Positions 35,017 to 39,537 of a DNA stretch of 39,537 nucleotides are shown in pieces. Source of the DNA: a virus; UHGV virus genome UHGV-0134280. One strand, 5' to 3'. The number at the start of each line of letters is the position of its first letter. The stretch's first letter is position 1. The notes under the pieces were generated by a model that was not told the origin of the DNA, searched no databases, and saw nothing but the letters and a program-made list of their open reading frames with translations. A program made the translations under genes and the position numbers.

Positions 35017-35601
35017 ATGAAAAGTATCCAGGACGTCCGCAGGCAAAATCTCAACGACTTGATCGACCGTGAATTCAATGGTGTTCAGACGCGGATGGCA
35101 GAAAAACTTGGAACTCAGGCAAATCTGGTAAACCGCTGGGCTCTTGGCAAGAAGGTTATCGGCGACCAGGTTGCGCGAAAAATTGAAGCTGCCGCCAATA
35201 AACCCCGTAACTGGCTTGATATCGATCGCTCGCTTTCTCAGGAAGGTTTTCAGCCTGTCGGCCCAAGCGACATTGGTCAGCTGGCGGCTCACAACCTGGA
35301 ACGCTGGATGAGCGAAAGCCGCGACCTTTCAACACAGGGAAAACTTCACCGCGCATCCGGCGTCGCCCAGGTAACAATCAGCCGCCTGTTAAACAATGAG
35401 GTCAGCGTTTCCATTTCCACCCTGGAGAATGTTGCATCCGCATTCGGGCGTCACGGCTATGAATTACTGATTCACCCGCACGACCCTGCGACCATCAACT
35501 ATGACCGCTCGCGCTACGCATTGTTACCCGAAACCGAGAAAGCAAAGATCGAAAGTTACATTGAATTTGTCATCAACCAGAACGAAAAAAATAAACAATA
35601 A
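35017..35601 (+). CDS. Immunity repressor candidate with two XRE-type HTH domains and no S24 peptidase domain
   Basis: HTH-like segments around residues 20-55 and 105-150; no LexA-like Ser/Lys autocleavage module seen; no obvious RBS (possibly leaderless). Confidence 0.65.
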   Translation: MKSIQDVRRQNLNDLIDREFNGVQTRMAEKLGTQANLVNRWALGKKVIGDQVARKIEAAANKPRNWLDIDRSLSQEGFQPVGPSDIGQLAAHNLERWMSESRDLSTQGKLHRASGVAQVTISRLLNNEVSVSISTLENVASAFGRHGYELLIHPHDPATINYDRSRYALLPETEKAKIESYIEFVINQNEKNKQ

Positions 35602-35621
35602 AACTATAGTTTTCAGCAAGT

Positions 35622-35647
35622 AAGCCGCCTCATGGCGGCTTTTTTAT
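35622..35647 (+). terminator. Rho-independent terminator aagccgcc/ggcggctt plus T6 after the repressor gene
   Basis: 8-bp GC stem, 4-nt loop, TTTTTT tract. Confidence 0.65.
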
Positions 35648-35657
35648 TGCCATCAAG

Positions 35658-35674
35658 ATTACCTTATGGGTAAT
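35658..35674. promoter_or_regulatory. 17-bp palindrome ATTACC-TTATG-GGTAAT (site H, perfect)
   Basis: Read directly; between the repressor terminator and the TTGACA hexamer at 35693. Confidence 0.6.
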
Positions 35675-35692
35675 TTTTTTAACTCATATCTA

Positions 35693-35736
35693 TTGACATC
35701 AAACCAAATACGCATAATCATTACCTAAACGGTAAC
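35693..35736 (+). promoter_or_regulatory. Candidate early-left promoter (TTGACA ... CATAAT/TAATCA) with overlapping palindrome ATTACC-TAAAC-GGTAAc (site I, 35720-35736)
   Basis: Consensus -35 hexamer; -10-like hexamers 14-16 bp downstream; operator-like palindrome over the predicted start region. Confidence 0.4.
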
Positions 35737-35754
35737 AAGCCGAGGTAACAAGTT

Positions 35755-35907
35755 ATGCAGTGGAAAATCATCAACGGTTGGTACTGCGTTACTGCATGCG
35801 GATTCATGAGCTGGAAGTTCCGCACCTTACAGGAAGGCATCAAGTGGGCTTTCGTCAGCAAAGAAGCTCGCGATGTAGCCAACGATAACGAGATATGGGA
35901 GGGCTGA
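35755..35907 (+). CDS. Small 50-aa Trp/Cys-containing protein, first gene of the early-left operon
   Basis: ATG with GAGGT RBS; translation MQWKIINGWYCVTACGFMSWKFRTLQEGIKWAFVSKEARDVANDNEIWEG; not in the ORF track. Confidence 0.35.
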   Translation: MQWKIINGWYCVTACGFMSWKFRTLQEGIKWAFVSKEARDVANDNEIWEG

Positions 35908-35909
35908 TA

Positions 35910-36209
35910 ATGAACGTTAATCAGCAGAAAAATCTTCAAAAAATCATGCTGGCATTCGACAAGGACTACCGCCTGTCAGAACAGCTATATGACCGACAAG
36001 TTGAACTGATTGAGAGCGTCCGACTTCATCAACTGTCCTCAACTTTCGACGTTGTAACAGGCAAAGGCGTTCGTCAGGAAGTACTGGAGGCTGCTAAAGA
36101 CAGCCCTGAGTTCGAAGAACTGATGGATGCCTACCGGCGAGATGCAATGGCAATTATCGCCCGCTGGGATCTGGCGGATCAGCTTGATGGGCAGAGGGAC
36201 GCGGCATGA
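35910..36209 (+). CDS. Hypothetical early protein
   Basis: 99 aa from MNVNQQ with GGGAGG RBS; overlapping stop/start with the exonuclease gene. Confidence 0.4.
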   Translation: MNVNQQKNLQKIMLAFDKDYRLSEQLYDRQVELIESVRLHQLSSTFDVVTGKGVRQEVLEAAKDSPEFEELMDAYRRDAMAIIARWDLADQLDGQRDAA

Positions 36210-37105
36210 TGCGGAACGCTGGAATCATGGATAGAACAAAATACATCGGAGGAAGCGATGTTGCAGGTATTCTTGGAATTAGCCCATGGCGCACCCCGCT
36301 TGAGGTTTATCTGGATAAAGTCCAGCCACGTGTCAAACCAGTAGACCCAAGCAAGCAGAAAGTTTTCACGCGTGGCCAGCGTATGGAGCCATACGTAATA
36401 GACCTGCTTTCTGAGGAAACAGGGATGGAAATCGTTCATCGCGGAAACCGCTATATCCACCGTGATTACGATTTTATTGCAGCTGAGATCGATGCAGAAG
36501 CAGCGTCAGGCGAGAACATTGAGATCAAAACAGTTAGTCCGTTCAAAGCCAAAGAATGGGGAGAAATCCAGACAGATGCAATTCCTGTGCATTACACGGC
36601 CCAGGCCATGCACGGGTTGATGGTTACAAACAAACAGGTATGCGTTTTCGGTGTGCTTATCGGTGGCGACGACTTCCGAATCTATCGGGTTGAGCGTGAT
36701 GAAGAAACTATCCAGGCGATCTTAGAAAAAGAAATCGCTTTCTGGGACCGAGTGAAAAATCTTAACCCGCCGGAAGCTACCAGCGTAAGCGATGTATCGC
36801 TGATGTTTGAGAAAGATGCCGGGACAAGTATCGAGGCTGACGGAAAGGCACTCGCACTATTCAACGATCTACGAGACATGAAGTCACGCAGAAAATCACT
36901 GGAAGAAGAAATAGCTATATCAGAAGAGAAGCTGAAGATGTACATGCAAGAGCACTCAGTCCTGACCCTGGACGGAAAGCCGCTCTGCACATGGAAATCT
37001 CAGATCAGCAACAGATTCGACCAGAAGCTATTCCAGTCAGTACACCCTGAGTTATTCGAAAAATTCAAAACAACAACGACACAACGCGTCTTCAGAATGA
37101 AGTAA
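36206..37105 (+). CDS. YqaJ-type viral recombinase exonuclease
   Basis: N-terminal KYIGGSDVAGILGISPWRTPLEVY pattern typical of YqaJ/lambda-Exo-like nucleases; paired with RecT downstream. Confidence 0.75.
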   Translation: MMRNAGIMDRTKYIGGSDVAGILGISPWRTPLEVYLDKVQPRVKPVDPSKQKVFTRGQRMEPYVIDLLSEETGMEIVHRGNRYIHRDYDFIAAEIDAEAASGENIEIKTVSPFKAKEWGEIQTDAIPVHYTAQAMHGLMVTNKQVCVFGVLIGGDDFRIYRVERDEETIQAILEKEIAFWDRVKNLNPPEATSVSDVSLMFEKDAGTSIEADGKALALFNDLRDMKSRRKSLEEEIAISEEKLKMYMQEHSVLTLDGKPLCTWKSQISNRFDQKLFQSVHPELFEKFKTTTTQRVFRMK

Positions 37106-37114
37106 GGAGAAAAA

Positions 37115-38137
37115 ATGTCTATCAATGCACTTAAGGCAGCGGCTACCGGTAACCAAGTTGCACATCATAATGAGAAACCAACAACTCTGGCCGGACTTCT
37201 GGCAGACCCAAAAATAAAAGCCCAGATGGCTTTGGCACTTCCAAAGCACATGACAGCAGACCGTCTGGCGCGCATAGCAACCACAGAGATCCGAAAGGTT
37301 CCAAAACTTGCATCATGCGACCAAGCCAGCTTCCTGGGGGCAATTATGCAATGTGCCCAATTGGGTCTTGAACCAGGTGGAGCTCTTGGACACGCTTACC
37401 TGATACCGTTCGACAAACGCCAGAAAGTAAATGGAAGATGGGAAACCGTATCTACAGAAGCACAGCTGATTATCGGCTATCGCGGAATGATTGACCTTGC
37501 CCGCCGCTCTGGGCAGATCCTGAGTATCTCGGCTCGTACCGTACATACAAACGACAAATTCAGCTACTCATACGGCCTGGAAGAAACGCTCGAGCATTTA
37601 CCTTGCGAAACAGGTGACCGCGGAGAATTAACGCACGTTTACGCCGTTGCACGACTGAAAGATGGTGGAGTCCAATTTGAAGTTATGAGCCGGGCAGACG
37701 TTGAGAAAGTTCGTGCACTGAGCAAAGCCGGTAGCAGTGGCCCATGGGTTGATCACTTCGATGAGATGGCTAAAAAAACAGTAATTCGCCGACTGTTCAA
37801 ATATCTTCCTGTTTCTATTGAGATGCAGAAGGCTGTTGTTATGGATGAGCGCGCTGAAGCTGGACTTAGCCAAGATAACGCAGCTGTTATCACTGGTGAA
37901 TATTCCGTAGTTGACGATGAGCGTCAACACCTATCGCCAATTTCAGATTCAGAACGAGAAGAAGCTCGAGAATATATCATCGCGATACTTAATAGCCTGG
38001 ATCCATCTGCTGAAGATGCAAAAACGATGTTCAAGCGCGCTGAAAATGAAATTAACACCATGGCTGAAAAGCTCGGTGATGAATATCACCAAAAATTCAT
38101 GATGACGCTTAACGATATGCGTACAGAATTCGAGTAA
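37115..38137 (+). CDS. recT: RecT-family single-strand annealing protein
   Basis: Central segment LIIGYRGMIDLARRSG characteristic of RecT/Red-beta-like proteins; directly follows the exonuclease gene. Confidence 0.8.
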   Translation: MSINALKAAATGNQVAHHNEKPTTLAGLLADPKIKAQMALALPKHMTADRLARIATTEIRKVPKLASCDQASFLGAIMQCAQLGLEPGGALGHAYLIPFDKRQKVNGRWETVSTEAQLIIGYRGMIDLARRSGQILSISARTVHTNDKFSYSYGLEETLEHLPCETGDRGELTHVYAVARLKDGGVQFEVMSRADVEKVRALSKAGSSGPWVDHFDEMAKKTVIRRLFKYLPVSIEMQKAVVMDERAEAGLSQDNAAVITGEYSVVDDERQHLSPISDSEREEAREYIIAILNSLDPSAEDAKTMFKRAENEINTMAEKLGDEYHQKFMMTLNDMRTEFE

Positions 38138-38186
38138 CCACCACCGCGGCGCCACGCGCGCCGCACTGCAACCAAGAGAGGTATTT

Positions 38187-38435
38187 ATGAAAGGTGCATT
38201 AGGTAAGAAGGAACTCCTGGCGGTGGTGCCACTGTCATGGAGCACTATCGACCGTATGGAGCGCGCAGGTGAATTTCCTAAACGCTGGTATATCACTGAC
38301 AAACGCTGCGCATGGAACCGTGACGAAGTTGAGCGTTGGCTTGATGAACGTCAGGCAGCAAGCCCGGCAGAGTTCCAGGGTAAAAAACCTCCTGTTCAGC
38401 AACGTGTATATCGTCCTGTGAGCAACGCGGCATGA
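38187..38435 (+). CDS. AlpA/Xis-like small DNA-binding protein (excisionase-type)
   Basis: 82 aa; pattern LSWSTIDRMERAGEFPKRWYITDKRCAWNRDEVERWL resembles AlpA-family HTH proteins. Confidence 0.55.
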   Translation: MKGALGKKELLAVVPLSWSTIDRMERAGEFPKRWYITDKRCAWNRDEVERWLDERQAASPAEFQGKKPPVQQRVYRPVSNAA

Positions 38436-38544
38436 GTGTGCTGCTAAGGCACTGGAGCAAATGGTCAGGATGGTACTTATTCCTGGCCTCTGTTTCAGCA
38501 TGGCTTTATCTGCTGGCATTAATTTTCAGAGAGGGTTGGATTAA

Positions 38545-38844
38545 GTGAGAAAGTTAAGCCGACTTGAAAAATATCACATGAACAAGGTTTCAATGCGCAG
38601 TCCGTCAAAGATTGTCGCCGTTACTCCTGCGGCGATAGAGATCGAAAAACGCGCGATTGAAAGAGAGAAAAAAGGGCAGTTCCGCATTGCCGCTCACCTT
38701 TGGCTTCAGTGTATGGATGTTGCTTCTGGTGATGTTGAGCGTGCAAGGATCGCGGTTCGCAGGGACCAATGTATCACAAAAGGTAACGGCCTTCGCCGTG
38801 GAGACTATAGCGGTATAGGATGTTGCGGGGTGGTTTATGACTAA
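38545..38844 (+). CDS. PerC-family-like regulator
   Basis: Segment GQFRIAAHLWLQCMD...RRDQC resembles the conserved PerC/Pch core (G.WRRAA.RWLEVMD ... RR.QC) as recalled; GTG start. Confidence 0.4.
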   Translation: MRKLSRLEKYHMNKVSMRSPSKIVAVTPAAIEIEKRAIEREKKGQFRIAAHLWLQCMDVASGDVERARIAVRRDQCITKGNGLRRGDYSGIGCCGVVYD

Positions 38845-39487
38845 GAAATACACACTAATCTATGCAGATCCACCCTGGGTATACCGGGACAAAGCCGCAG
38901 ATGGTAATCGCGGTGCCGGTTTTAAATATCCGGTTATGAGTGTGATGGATATCTGCCGCCTTCCTGTGTGGGATTTGGCCGATGAAAACTGTCTGTTGGC
39001 CATGTGGTGGGTGCCAACACAACCACTCGAAGCACTAAAAGTTGTTGAAGCCTGGGGGTTCCGTCTGATGACCATGAAGGGCTTCACGTGGATAAAATGT
39101 GGTAGTCGACAACCAGATAAACTGGTTATGGGTATGGGACACATGACTCGCGCCAATAGTGAAGATTGCCTGTTTGCAGTTAAGGGAAAACTACCTCCGC
39201 GCATTAATGCAGGGATCGTTCAGTCATTTACCGCACCGCGGCTTGAGCATTCAAGAAAACCAGATGTCGTTCGTGAAAAACTTGTGCAATTGTTAGGCGA
39301 TGTTTCTCGCATTGAACTGTTCGCCCGCCAGACGTCTCATGGCTTCGATGTTTGGGGTAATCAGTGCGAAGACCCAGCAGTGCAACTACACCCTGGATAC
39401 GCGTTGTATATTGCCGGATTAACAAATGCATTCAGCAATGCTCCGCTGTCACCAACAGACAACCAGGGGCGGGAGCGTGCAGCATGA
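38837..39487 (+). CDS. MT-A70-family N6-adenine DNA methyltransferase
   Basis: N-terminal LIYADPPW catalytic motif; 216 aa; overlaps the start of the next gene. Confidence 0.8.
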   Translation: MTKKYTLIYADPPWVYRDKAADGNRGAGFKYPVMSVMDICRLPVWDLADENCLLAMWWVPTQPLEALKVVEAWGFRLMTMKGFTWIKCGSRQPDKLVMGMGHMTRANSEDCLFAVKGKLPPRINAGIVQSFTAPRLEHSRKPDVVREKLVQLLGDVSRIELFARQTSHGFDVWGNQCEDPAVQLHPGYALYIAGLTNAFSNAPLSPTDNQGRERAA

Positions 39488-39537
39488 ACAGGGCATCACC
39501 AGCAGATTTAAGGAAATGCCTTGAAACTGCAAACATG
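39484..39537 (+). CDS. Start of a further gene, truncated by the window end
   Basis: ATG overlapping the methyltransferase stop; only 18 codons visible. Confidence 0.3.
   Translation, partial: MNRASPADLRKCLETANM

Noticed and set aside
35017-35601. Repressor as a LexA-like self-cleaving CI
   Set aside because: The C-terminal half looks like a second HTH domain rather than an S24 peptidase module; this led to the antirepressor hypothesis instead.
7172-35736. Reading the 17-bp palindrome as an RNA hairpin of the nut boxB type for N-like antitermination
   Set aside because: In boxB-type elements the loop is what the protein recognises and is conserved; here the stems are invariant and the loops vary, copies overlap in tandem in the immunity region, and they occur in both orientations, all favouring a DNA operator. 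Not fully excluded for the copies that directly follow terminators.
1-39537. CRISPR arrays, insertion sequences, integrase and attachment sites
   Set aside because: No spacer-interrupted direct repeats, no transposase-like ORFs with terminal inverted repeats, and no tyrosine or serine recombinase; the integrase presumably lies beyond the right edge.

Overview
The window is almost entirely one temperate prophage of an enterobacterial host; no integrase or attachment site is visible, and the right end runs off the window. Minus strand, right to left: Cro-like regulator, O-like initiator with internal iterons, lambda P-like helicase loader, PD-(D/E)XK nuclease, Ea22-like and unknown genes, small and large terminase, then a T7-like virion module (portal, scaffold, major capsid, gp11/gp12-like tail tube, gp13-16-like internal virion proteins), a moron island, a tailspike with sialidase-type Asp-boxes and a C-terminal chaperone domain, and a holin/GH19 endolysin/Rz-Rz1 lysis cassette. 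Plus strand, right of the divergent immunity region: a two-HTH repressor with no peptidase domain, YqaJ exonuclease, RecT, AlpA/Xis-like, PerC-like and an MT-A70 methyltransferase. A tRNA-Arg(UCU) sits between terminase and portal. Positions 1-1700 carry two secreted/lipoprotein genes (host or cargo). Most notable unexplained signals: a 17-bp palindrome ATTACC-N5-GGTAAT at 12 or more intergenic sites, a 12-bp perfect palindrome GTGACATGTCAC three times at late-block boundaries, a LexA box in front of a small KilAC-domain gene, and an AT-rich two-gene moron of unknown function. Calls rest on reading the translations and sequence by eye; no searches were run, and trimmed starts and hand-mapped sites may be off by 1-3 nt.
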